This document shows, in pieces, positions 18,412 to 27,169 of a stretch of 37,111 nt of DNA. The stretch is taken from assembly GCA_964657875.1 (NCBI GenBank), contig CAZZWJ010000001.1, positions 1-37,111 of the forward strand, given 5' to 3'. The translations under genes and the position numbers were made by a program. The notes under the pieces are model-generated. The model searched no databases and was not told where the DNA came from. It saw only the letters and a program-made list of their open reading frames with translations. The first letter of the stretch is position 1, and every line of letters starts with the position of its first letter. The DNA comes from an uncultured Solirubrobacteraceae bacterium (GTDB lineage: Bacteria; Actinomycetota; Thermoleophilia; Solirubrobacterales; Solirubrobacteraceae).

Positions 18412-19926
18412 ATGTCGCAGTTGCTCACCGTCGACACCAATGCCCGCACCGTCGACCATGTCCAGATGCTCATCGGCGGCCGGTGGTGTGCCGCCGCCAG
18501 CGGCGCGAGCTTCCCGGCCCTCGACCCGAGCACCGGGCGCGAGATCGCCGCCATCCCGCGCGGCGACGCCGCCGACGTCGATCGCGCCGTCGCCGCGGCC
18601 AAGGCGGTGGCGGTCGAGTGGCAGTTCACCGACGCGATCGCGCGGGCGGCGCTGTTGCGTGGCCTCGCCGGCCTGGTGACCGAGAACGCCGACGAGTTGG
18701 CGCACCTGGAGGCGATGGACTCCGGGCACTATCTCTCCAAGGCCCGGGAGCTCATGGGCGCGATCCCGATCTGGCTGGAGTACTTCGCCGGGCTGGCCGA
18801 CAAGGTCGGTGGGCGCACGATCGAGGTTCCGGGCAACAAGCTCGACTTCACCCTGTTGGAGCCGCTCGGGGTCACCGCCCATATCGTGCCCTGGAACTAC
18901 CCGCTGCTGATCCTCGTGCGCTCCACCGCTCCGGCGCTCGCCCTCGGTAACACGTGTGTCGTCAAGCCCGCCGAGCAGACCTCGCTGTCGGCGATCAGGT
19001 ACGCCGAGCTCGTCCAGGAGGCCGGCTTTCCCGACGGCGTGTTCAACGTCGTCACCGGATTGGGCCCCGAGGCCGGCGCCGCCCTTGCCGCGCATCGCGA
19101 CGTGATGGGAATCACGTTCACCGGATCGGTCGAAACCGGCAAAGAGGTCGCCAAGCTCGGCGCCGAACACGTCGCTCAGGTCAATCTCGAGCTCGGCGGC
19201 AAGAGTCCGACGATCGTGTTCCCCGACGCCCGCCTCGACGACGCGGTGGAGGGGGCGGTCCAGGGCTTCTGCTCCCATGCCGGTCAGGTGTGCGTGGCCG
19301 GGACGCGGCTGTTCGTGCACCGCGACATCCAGGACGCGTTCCTGGAGAAGCTCGTCGCGCGCCTGGACTCCGCGAAGATCGGTGACATCTACGACGAGGG
19401 CACCCAGATGGGTCCACTCGTCTCCAAGGAACAGCTCGAGCGCGTCCAGGAGTACATCGAGATCGGCAAGCTCGAGGCGACGCTGCACTACGGCGGCGGC
19501 CGGCCGGATGGGGCGGACGAGGGCGGCTACTTCCTCGAGCCGACGGTGTTCACCGACGTCTCCAACACCGACCGCATCGCCCGCGAGGAGATCTTCGGCC
19601 CCGTCGTCTCAGTGATCCCGTGGTCAGACGAGGACGAACTGCTCGCGCAGTGCAACGACTCCGACTTCGGTCTCTACGCGGTCGTGTGGACCCAGGACAT
19701 CACCCGGGCGTTGAACATGGCCCGCCGCTTGCAGACCGGTGGCGTGATGATCAACGACTGGTTCGGGGAGCTGCCGATGAGTCCGCACGGTGGCTACAAG
19801 CAGAGCGGCACCGGCCGCGAGGAGGGGCTGGAGACGATCGCCAGCTACACGCAGGTCAAGCACGTCAGCGTCAACCTCGACCCGTCCCCGCGTGACAGCG
19901 CCGACTGGGCGAGCGCCCCGCTCTGA
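18412..19926 (+). CDS. NAD(P)-dependent aldehyde dehydrogenase
   Basis: PWNYP, KPAE, FTGS, LELGGKSP, GQVCVAG catalytic Cys, EEIFGPV, GGYKQSGTGRE; GAGGAG RBS. Confidence 0.96.
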   Translation: MSQLLTVDTNARTVDHVQMLIGGRWCAAASGASFPALDPSTGREIAAIPRGDAADVDRAVAAAKAVAVEWQFTDAIARAALLRGLAGLVTENADELAHLEAMDSGHYLSKARELMGAIPIWLEYFAGLADKVGGRTIEVPGNKLDFTLLEPLGVTAHIVPWNYPLLILVRSTAPALALGNTCVVKPAEQTSLSAIRYAELVQEAGFPDGVFNVVTGLGPEAGAALAAHRDVMGITFTGSVETGKEVAKLGAEHVAQVNLELGGKSPTIVFPDARLDDAVEGAVQGFCSHAGQVCVAGTRLFVHRDIQDAFLEKLVARLDSAKIGDIYDEGTQMGPLVSKEQLERVQEYIEIGKLEATLHYGGGRPDGADEGGYFLEPTVFTDVSNTDRIAREEIFGPVVSVIPWSDEDELLAQCNDSDFGLYAVVWTQDITRALNMARRLQTGGVMINDWFGELPMSPHGGYKQSGTGREEGLETIASYTQVKHVSVNLDPSPRDSADWASAPL

Positions 19927-19950
19927 GCAAGCGCAAGGAGGAGAAGAAAC

Positions 19951-20604
19951 GTGAGTGCCAATGACACCGAAACCGCCCCGGAGCCGTTCGGGGCCAGACA
20001 GACCGATCCCGATCCGCGTCTGACCTGGCGCAACGAGAGGGCTCGTCTGGGCGGGTATCTGCCGGGAGCCGAGTTCAACGATCGACAGGTGGCGGTGCTC
20101 AATGCCGCCGCGGACACGATGATCCCCCCGGGCAACGGGTTTCCGGCGCCAAGCGAGGTCGATGTCGTCGACTTCTGCGCGCGCTACGTCACGCCCGCCG
20201 ACCGCGAGCTGAAGTTCTTCCCGCTCGCCGCCGAGACCGACTTCAAGGCGCAGTTGGACGATCTCGGTCAGGCCTTCATCGACGGCTCGGCGGGTGAGCG
20301 CGCCGAGAAGCTGACCGCGCTCGAGAGCGAGGACGCGGAGGGCGGGGGGTTCTTCACCCAGCTGCGGGCGCTCGTCTACTACGGCTACTACGCAAGCCCG
20401 GTCGTGACCGAGGCGATCCGTCAGAACCTGCCCGCGGCCCACGACTACCACGGGCCACCTCAGCCCTACGGCTACGTCGGCAAGGTCGAGCCCTGGCCCG
20501 AAGGCGCCTGGGAGAACCCCAACGGAGGGTACGTGGCAACCGAGGACATCGTCCGAATCGACATCCCTGATGACATCAAAGCCGAATACGGAGTGCAGTC
20601 ATGA
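19951..20604 (+). CDS. Gluconate 2-dehydrogenase subunit 3-like small subunit
   Basis: LNAAADTMIP...PAPSEVDV and FFTQLRALVYYGYYASP; coupled (ATGA) to the GMC gene; AAGGAGG RBS. Confidence 0.75.
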   Translation: MSANDTETAPEPFGARQTDPDPRLTWRNERARLGGYLPGAEFNDRQVAVLNAAADTMIPPGNGFPAPSEVDVVDFCARYVTPADRELKFFPLAAETDFKAQLDDLGQAFIDGSAGERAEKLTALESEDAEGGGFFTQLRALVYYGYYASPVVTEAIRQNLPAAHDYHGPPQPYGYVGKVEPWPEGAWENPNGGYVATEDIVRIDIPDDIKAEYGVQS

Positions 20605-22310
20605 CCTTCCACACGAATGGGGACAATGGATCGGGTGCTGACAGCACCGACGTCCTGATCATCGGCTCCGGGATGAGCGGAGCGGCGTTTGCCAACCGGC
20701 TCTGCGCGGCCGGGATGAAGTGCACGATGCTCGAGCAGGGTGACTGGATCCACCCGACGATGTATGACCACTACCACGATGAGTTCGACATGGAACGCAA
20801 TCGTGGCTGGTCTTATGACCCCAACGTCCGCCAGGGTCCCGAGGACTACCCGATCACCGGAATCACGACCCCCTATCTGATCAACGCCGTCGGCGGCTCG
20901 ACGATCCACTATGCCGCGCACTGGCCGCGCTACAAGCCGATCGATTTTCGCAAGGGCACCGAGCACGGCCTGGCGGGCAACATCGATTGGCCCATCACCT
21001 ACGAGGACCTCGCGCCCTGGTACGACATCAACGACGCGGAGGTCGGGATCTCGGGCGTGCACGGGGACCCGGCATACCCGCCCCGCCCCAATGCCCCGCG
21101 CCAGAAGCCGATCAACCCCGGCAAGCTCGGCCTCAAGTTCGCCAAGGGCCTGGACCATCTCGGCTGGCACTGGTGGCCGTCTGACAACGGGATCATCACC
21201 GAGGACAAGGACGGGCGACTCCCCTGCAACGAGTGCGGCAACTGCCTGCAGGGCTGTCCACGCGGATCGCTGGCCGGCATGGACGTCAGCCTGCTTCCCA
21301 AGGCTCTCGCCAACGGCCTGGATCTGCGGGTCAACGCGCGGGTGGCCCGTATCGAGGCGAAGGACGGGAAGGCGACGGGCGCCGAGTACATCGACCGGAT
21401 CACCGGCGAGCATCACTTCATCTCGGCGAAGATCGTGATCCTCGCCGCGAGCGGCATCGGCACGCCGCGGCTGCTGCTGATGTCCGCGCAGAACGGCCAT
21501 CCGGACGGCCTGTGCAACGCCAACGGTCTCGTCGGCACACACCTCATGCACCACTCGTTCGCGTTCGTCGACTGCTGGTTTGACGACCCGATCCAGGGTT
21601 ACAAGGGCGCGTTCGGAGCGCCCCTGTACTCACACGAGTTCTACCACTCCGATCCGAGTCGCGGATTCGTCAACGGCATGGCGATGCAGGTCGGGCGAAG
21701 CTTCGGCTCGGCGTACACGGCGATGGGCACCCACACCGCGAACATCGCTCCCTGGGGTGAGGGGCATCGCGACTTCTTCGACTCGCACTTCGCGCACCAC
21801 CTGCTGGTGTTCATGTTCGGCGAGGACCTTCCGGTGAGGGAGAACGCGGTCACCCTGGACCCCGCGGCCAAGGACTCCGACGGGCTGCCGGCCGCGCACA
21901 TCGAGTTCAACCCGACCGAGAACGACCGACGGCTGGTGGACTTCGGCATCAAGCGGATCAACGACGTGGCCGATGCCCTCGGCGCGACGGAGACCAACAA
22001 CACCGGGGTCCTCTCGCCACCGCCGGCGTGGCATCTCATGGGTACCGCGCGGATGGGCAACAGCCCCGAGGACTCGGTCGTCAACATGTACAACCAGACC
22101 TGGGAGCTGCCCAACCTGTTCATCGCCGACGGTTCCTGCCTGACGACGGGTGGAGCTGTCAATCCGACGAGCACCATCGGCGCTCTCTCCACGCGGGCCG
22201 CGGAGTACATCAAGCAGAACTACCAGGAGATCGTCGACCAGACGGTGACGCCCTCCAACAGAGACGCGCCCTCCCTGGCGACGACCAACGAGGCTCTCGC
22301 CCTGGCGTGA
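20601..22310 (+). CDS. GMC-family FAD oxidoreductase with Fe-S-type Cys motif
   Basis: IIGSGMSG FAD motif, VGGSTIHY, DWPITYEDLAPWY, CNECGNCLQGC, TPRLLLMS, HLMGTARMG, NPTSTI. Confidence 0.93.
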   Translation: MTFHTNGDNGSGADSTDVLIIGSGMSGAAFANRLCAAGMKCTMLEQGDWIHPTMYDHYHDEFDMERNRGWSYDPNVRQGPEDYPITGITTPYLINAVGGSTIHYAAHWPRYKPIDFRKGTEHGLAGNIDWPITYEDLAPWYDINDAEVGISGVHGDPAYPPRPNAPRQKPINPGKLGLKFAKGLDHLGWHWWPSDNGIITEDKDGRLPCNECGNCLQGCPRGSLAGMDVSLLPKALANGLDLRVNARVARIEAKDGKATGAEYIDRITGEHHFISAKIVILAASGIGTPRLLLMSAQNGHPDGLCNANGLVGTHLMHHSFAFVDCWFDDPIQGYKGAFGAPLYSHEFYHSDPSRGFVNGMAMQVGRSFGSAYTAMGTHTANIAPWGEGHRDFFDSHFAHHLLVFMFGEDLPVRENAVTLDPAAKDSDGLPAAHIEFNPTENDRRLVDFGIKRINDVADALGATETNNTGVLSPPPAWHLMGTARMGNSPEDSVVNMYNQTWELPNLFIADGSCLTTGGAVNPTSTIGALSTRAAEYIKQNYQEIVDQTVTPSNRDAPSLATTNEALALA

Positions 22311-22365
22311 GGCACACCGGCTCACGTCATGCCGTGAGCTGTCCGAACCGCATGGGGACACGCAG

Positions 22366-22395
22366 CGCCCCGGGCCCTCCTGAGGGTCCGGGGCG
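22366..22395 (+). terminator. GC-rich hairpin after the GMC operon
   Basis: CGCCCCGGGCCCTC-CT-GAGGGTCCGGGGCG inverted repeat with one G-U pair; no U-tract. Confidence 0.6.
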
Positions 22396-22459
22396 GTCGC
22401 GTTCTCATCGGTCGCGCGAGGCCGGCGCTGCCACTCCCCGCAACGCGGCACGGAAGCCG

Positions 22460-22570
22460 TTGCGTCTCGCGCACCTTCGTGAGGGGCTCGGCGACTGAGC
22501 CCAGCTGCGCCAGGTGATCGACAACCTGTGGGGGAGGGGCGACATTCATCGTCTCGTTGCCTGCCCCTGG
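22460..22570 (+). pseudogene. Collapsed remnant of a sensor histidine kinase
   Basis: Reads LRLAHLREG-LGD*AQLRQVIDNL, then in a shifted frame GGGATFIVSLPA; these resemble three HisKA/HATPase motifs in the correct order. Confidence 0.55.
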
Positions 22571-22879
22571 GACATCCCCACCGAGCGACCGCGACGGCGC
22601 GGGCCACCGACCGAACGGTGATCACCACGGACCCCCGCGGATTCGCCGATCTGCCGGGAGTCAGTGACAAGGCGCCACGCTGATCGGAGAGCCCGTCGCG
22701 GTCCTCGCTCGTCTTCAGTCCATCGGCATGAGTCATTTTGCATGACGCGTTGGGCCGGAGATGGAACCTTTCGGGCTGGCCAACCGTCTGGAAGGGTGCA
22801 AGTGGAGTCGCTCCCGGCGGCTCCGGACCCGAGTAGACGGAGCGCCCATGACTTCGATACGCAGTCGCGGGGTCGGCCG

Positions 22880-23401
22880 ATGAGGCTGACACGACGCAGC
22901 CGGTCGCAGTTCGAGGAGTTCGCCGCGGCTCACGGGGCGGGCCTCGTGAAGCTCGCGTTCGTCGTCTGCGGCGATCATGAGCAGGCTCAGGATGCCGTTC
23001 AGGAGGCGCTCATCCGCGTCTACGAGCGGTGGCCGCGGATCAGTGATCCGCTCGCCTACGCCCGCCGGTCGGTCGTCAACGCGACGCGGGAGGACTGGCG
23101 GCGCGATCGGCGCTCAGACCGCCTGCATCGTGAGATGGCGGACCTGCCGGTCGGCGGTGAGTCCAACGACCCGCAGGACCGCGTGCCGCAGCGCGACGCG
23201 CTGATGGCGGCGTTGGATGCGCTGCCCCACGCCCAGCGTGTGGTCGTCGTACTGCGCTACGGCATCCAGCTTTCGGAGGCCGAGACCGCCTCCACCCTCG
23301 ATATCCCGATCGGCACGGTCAAGAGCCGCGTCAACCGCGCTCTCGGGCGGTTGCGTGAGGTTCTCGACGCCGAGATGGTCACTTCAATCACGGAGAAATG
23401 A
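22880..23401 (+). CDS. ECF RNA polymerase sigma factor (SigE-family)
   Basis: FEEF, AQDAVQEAL region 2, AYARRSVVN, LPHAQRVVVVLRY, ETASTLDIPIGTVKSR region 4. Confidence 0.93.
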   Translation: MRLTRRSRSQFEEFAAAHGAGLVKLAFVVCGDHEQAQDAVQEALIRVYERWPRISDPLAYARRSVVNATREDWRRDRRSDRLHREMADLPVGGESNDPQDRVPQRDALMAALDALPHAQRVVVVLRYGIQLSEAETASTLDIPIGTVKSRVNRALGRLREVLDAEMVTSITEK

Positions 23402-24399
23402 GCATGATGAACGACAGCGATCTGCTTCACGAGCTGCAGGAGGGCATGCGTGAGCGTGCCGAGTGCATCGACGTTCCAGACGGGCTGGCCTTCGAGGCCC
23501 GCCGCGCGGTGCGGCGCCGGTCCGCCGGTCGTGCCGTGATCACCGGCGTGCCGGTGCTGGCGGTTGCCGGCACGGCGACCGTGCTCGCGCTGGGCGGCGC
23601 CGGAACGTCGCACCCGGCCAGCGCGGGGCCGGGCGGGTCCGCCTCGTCGATCTCACCGGGGCTGAGCCCCCACGCGCAGGACACCGCCTATATCGTGCGG
23701 CGCGCCCGTACCCACCTGGCCCATCTCGCGGTCGCCGGCGAGGGTCAGGTCCTCGAGCAGACCGCGACACTGGACAACGGCACCGCCGATCACCCCGCCT
23801 CGAAGAACGTCGACTGGATGTACATCGACCCGCAGTCCGGGGTTGCCTACCAGCGCAGCGTGGACAGCTCGGCAGATGGCACCGATCTGCAGACCAACGC
23901 GCTCGTCACCACGCCGACCGATGGCAGCTTGCAGACGCAGGTCACGTCGCTGGACCCGTCCTCCAGCACGTACTTCACCTCTGACAGCGCGGTCTCGCAG
24001 TTCGTCAACTCCTCAGTGTCCGGCACGCAGCTGGGCATCAGGAGCACCGAAGAGCAGATCGCTCAGGCCCTGGGCGACGGTCAGGTCACCCAGGAGGGGA
24101 CCGCCACCGTCGACGGGCAGTCGACGATCGAGCTCTCGGTCGCGCCCCCCTCGCCGTCGACCAGCAGCCAGTCGGCGGACACCACGATCACGCTGTACGT
24201 GAATTCGCAGACCGGCCAGCCGGTGAGGGAGGTCGACGGATCAGCCGGGAACGCCACGACGACCCTGGACTGGCTGCCCACGACCGCCGCGAGCATCGCG
24301 CTCACCCAGGTCCAGATCCCGGCGAACTACACGCAGGTCTCCGGCCCCAAAACCGGCTACTGGACGTCGAGTGTCCCGCTGATCTTCCTCGGATACTGA
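23398..24399 (+). CDS. Putative anti-sigma factor (single TM, Ser/Thr-rich extracytoplasmic domain)
   Basis: ATGA-coupled to the sigma gene; short N-terminal domain, basic RRRS stretch, one TM segment, then a beta-rich extracellular domain. Confidence 0.7.
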   Translation: MSMMNDSDLLHELQEGMRERAECIDVPDGLAFEARRAVRRRSAGRAVITGVPVLAVAGTATVLALGGAGTSHPASAGPGGSASSISPGLSPHAQDTAYIVRRARTHLAHLAVAGEGQVLEQTATLDNGTADHPASKNVDWMYIDPQSGVAYQRSVDSSADGTDLQTNALVTTPTDGSLQTQVTSLDPSSSTYFTSDSAVSQFVNSSVSGTQLGIRSTEEQIAQALGDGQVTQEGTATVDGQSTIELSVAPPSPSTSSQSADTTITLYVNSQTGQPVREVDGSAGNATTTLDWLPTTAASIALTQVQIPANYTQVSGPKTGYWTSSVPLIFLGY

Positions 24400-24812
24400 C
24401 CCGGCCGACAGCCGACAGCTGACCGCCCCACGCGACCCACGCGGAGCGGTCGGTTGGCTGGCGTGGGGACGACGTCCATCTCATCCGCGCGAACGGGGAG
24501 GCGCGGAAGGTCATCAGCGGACAGCAACCCCGCCTCGATCACCGACCCAGCCAGCCTGGTGGGAAGCTCCGGGCCCTTCTCAGCGGGGGGGTGACGCACC
24601 CTACCTCGGCTGTGCGGGGGTCAGTTCCATCACCCCTGGGGCGGAGCGCCGTTCGGCAACCACGTCACGGGCGGTGGGTGAGCCGGGTCTCATCGTTGCC
24701 GAGAACTGCAGTGCGGTTCCGGCGATCGCCGGGCATCCGCCCGCGTCGCCCAATATGTGTTTGTTTGGTGATCTGGGGGAGAGCGGGTGGTCATGACAAT
24801 AAGCTGGCGTGC

Positions 24813-25808
24813 GTGTCGGCCATCACCGCTGCGCCGGCAGCTCGCGTCCGCGGACTGACCAAGCGCTACGGAGACGCGGCAGCGCTCCTCGACATCGACC
24901 TCGAGGTGGTGCCCGGAGAGCTCCGGGGTCTGCTCGGACTCAATGGCGCAGGCAAGACGACGCTGCTGCGGGCCCTGTTCGGCCTCGTGCGCATCGACGC
25001 TGGAACGGTCGAGCTCTTGGGCCAGGCGCGGCGGCCCGCCCGCGGTCGGCCGTTGCCCGGAGTCGCCGGGTTCGTCGAAGAGCCCGCGTTCTATGCGTAC
25101 CTGAGCGGGCGGGCGAATCTCGAGCTGCTGGCCGAGCTTGACGACGATGTCTCGGCCGACATCGATGGGGCGCTGGCGCGGGTGGGCCTCGGCGGGCGAG
25201 CCGGTGACCGGGTCGGCCGCTACTCCACCGGGATGCGTCAGCGGCTCGGGATCGCGGCCGCGCTTCTGCGCCGGCCGCGGCTGCTGCTGCTCGACGAGCC
25301 GACCAGCGGGCTGGATCCGGCGGGAGTGCGCGCGGTCTCGGGGCTGTTGCGAGAATTGTCCAGCCAGGGGGTCGCGGTCATCCTCTCCAGCCATCTGATC
25401 GGCGAGCTGGAGGGGCTATGCGACAGTTACACGATCATCCGCGCCGGACGGGTCGTGTGGGACGGGAGCGCGGATCAGCTCGAGACCCAGGCGCCGGGCA
25501 CCGTCTTTCTGCTGTCCACCAGTGACGATGCCCGGGCGCTGGAGCTCTTGCGGGGTCGCCGAGGACTGACGGTGAGCCGTGACGACGGGGGGCACGGCGT
25601 GCGGCTGGGCGTCGCCCGGGGCGCGCTTGACGGTCTCGTCTCAGCACTCGTGCACGCCGGCCTGGAGGTGCGCCGTCTGGAGCTGCTCATCAGCCCGTTG
25701 GAGAGCATGTTCTTCTCGATGACCGCCGCCGGCGGCGGCGAGACCGGCCCGCAGGCGTGGCTTGAGGCCCAGGCGCGGGCTCGGGACGAGATCGTGGTCT
25801 CCCGATGA
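24813..25808 (+). CDS. ABC transporter ATP-binding protein (ABC-2 exporter type)
   Basis: Walker A GLNGAGKTT, signature YSTGMRQR, Walker B LLLLDEPTSGLD, SSH; GTG start approximate. Confidence 0.93.
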   Translation: MSAITAAPAARVRGLTKRYGDAAALLDIDLEVVPGELRGLLGLNGAGKTTLLRALFGLVRIDAGTVELLGQARRPARGRPLPGVAGFVEEPAFYAYLSGRANLELLAELDDDVSADIDGALARVGLGGRAGDRVGRYSTGMRQRLGIAAALLRRPRLLLLDEPTSGLDPAGVRAVSGLLRELSSQGVAVILSSHLIGELEGLCDSYTIIRAGRVVWDGSADQLETQAPGTVFLLSTSDDARALELLRGRRGLTVSRDDGGHGVRLGVARGALDGLVSALVHAGLEVRRLELLISPLESMFFSMTAAGGGETGPQAWLEAQARARDEIVVSR

Positions 25809-27148
25809 GCGCGACGACCCCGGCGGCGGCCGCGCCGTCGACCTCTCCGCTGGCCCTGCGCGGGGTCCGCTCAACGGCTCGCAGCGAGCGCCGCAAGCTG
25901 ATGGGGCAGCTGCCGCTGCGCCTGCTGACCGTCGTCTGCCTCCTCGGCTCGCTCGTGTTCGCCGTGCTGCTCAAGGCCCAGAGCGGCACCCCGAGCGACG
26001 CGCTGTTCGGCTCCCTGGTGCACACCTCGGGGTTCGCGGTGTCACTCGTCGTGCTGAGCTTCGCGGCCAGTTGGGGGTTCCCGATCGTCGCCGGGGTCGT
26101 CGCGGGGGACCTGTTCGCCGGCGAGGACCGACAGGGGACCTGGAAGACGATCCTCACCCGCTCTCGGACGCTCGAGGAGATGTTCGCCGGCAAGACGATC
26201 GCGGCGATGACCGCCGCCCTGGGCCTCGGCGTGCTGCTGGCGATCGCCAGCCTCGGCGCCGGATTGGCGCTCGTCGGCGCCCATCCCCTGGTTGGCCTCG
26301 GCGGACAGCAGCTGGCCGCCGGCCACCTGCTCGGTCTCGTCGCCCTCAGCTGGCTGATCTGCCTGCCCCCGCTGCTGGCCTACACGAGCCTGGCGATCCT
26401 GTTCTCCGTCGCCACCCGCAACGGGATCTTCGGAGTGCTCGGCCCGGTGACGGTCGCGCTCATCACCCAGCTCATCGACCTGGTCGGCAGAGGGATATGG
26501 GTGCACCTCCTGCTCATCGGCTCCGCGTTTGACGCCTGGCACGGGCTGTTCGCCGATCCGGTGTTCCTCGGCCCGCTGCTCGTCTCGCTGCTCGTCTGCG
26601 CGCTGTGGATCGCCGGGTCTCTGGGGGCAGCGTGGATCATCCTCGCCCGCCGGGACTTCACCGCCGACAGCAGCACCGCACGGACGGGCTGGGCGGCGCC
26701 CGTCCGGATCGCGGTCGGGGTCACCGCGCTGGTGGCGCTGCTCGCGGTCGCCTCCTCGTGGGGGCCGATCGGGGTCACCGCGTCCCGTCTCACGGCGCGG
26801 CTGGAGCCGGCGTTTCGCCGGCTGACCGCCCTGCAGCAGACGCTGCTCGGCCATTCGATCCCCGCCGGGGCCCACTACCGCATCCTTCCGCTCTGCAACA
26901 TCCGCGGGCATCGCGGGCGGGGACCGGGTGACTGGACCTGCATCATGAACGTCTACATCGTGCTGCCGGGATCCAAGCAGCCGTTGACCGACACCCCGGT
27001 CAGTTACGACGTGAGCGTTCAGTCCAACGGGTGCTACAAAGCCAGCTCGCCGCCGGCCTACGTCGGGCAGCCGACGATCCGCAGACCGCACGGGCAGACG
27101 GCGCCCAACCCGCTGGTGATCATCTACGGCTGCGTCGACATCCTCTAG
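25805..27148 (+). CDS. ABC-2 permease with an extra Cys-containing C-terminal domain
   Basis: GDLFAGEDRQGTWKTILTRS motif, ~7 TM, then a soluble tail with four Cys. Confidence 0.85.
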   Translation: MSATTPAAAAPSTSPLALRGVRSTARSERRKLMGQLPLRLLTVVCLLGSLVFAVLLKAQSGTPSDALFGSLVHTSGFAVSLVVLSFAASWGFPIVAGVVAGDLFAGEDRQGTWKTILTRSRTLEEMFAGKTIAAMTAALGLGVLLAIASLGAGLALVGAHPLVGLGGQQLAAGHLLGLVALSWLICLPPLLAYTSLAILFSVATRNGIFGVLGPVTVALITQLIDLVGRGIWVHLLLIGSAFDAWHGLFADPVFLGPLLVSLLVCALWIAGSLGAAWIILARRDFTADSSTARTGWAAPVRIAVGVTALVALLAVASSWGPIGVTASRLTARLEPAFRRLTALQQTLLGHSIPAGAHYRILPLCNIRGHRGRGPGDWTCIMNVYIVLPGSKQPLTDTPVSYDVSVQSNGCYKASSPPAYVGQPTIRRPHGQTAPNPLVIIYGCVDIL

Positions 27149-27169
27149 TCGACGGCCCGCAGCGGGGCT

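Noticed and set aside
24400-24812. Long intergenic region as possible ncRNA or riboswitch
   Set aside because: No recognisable conserved motif; an Rfam covariance search would be needed
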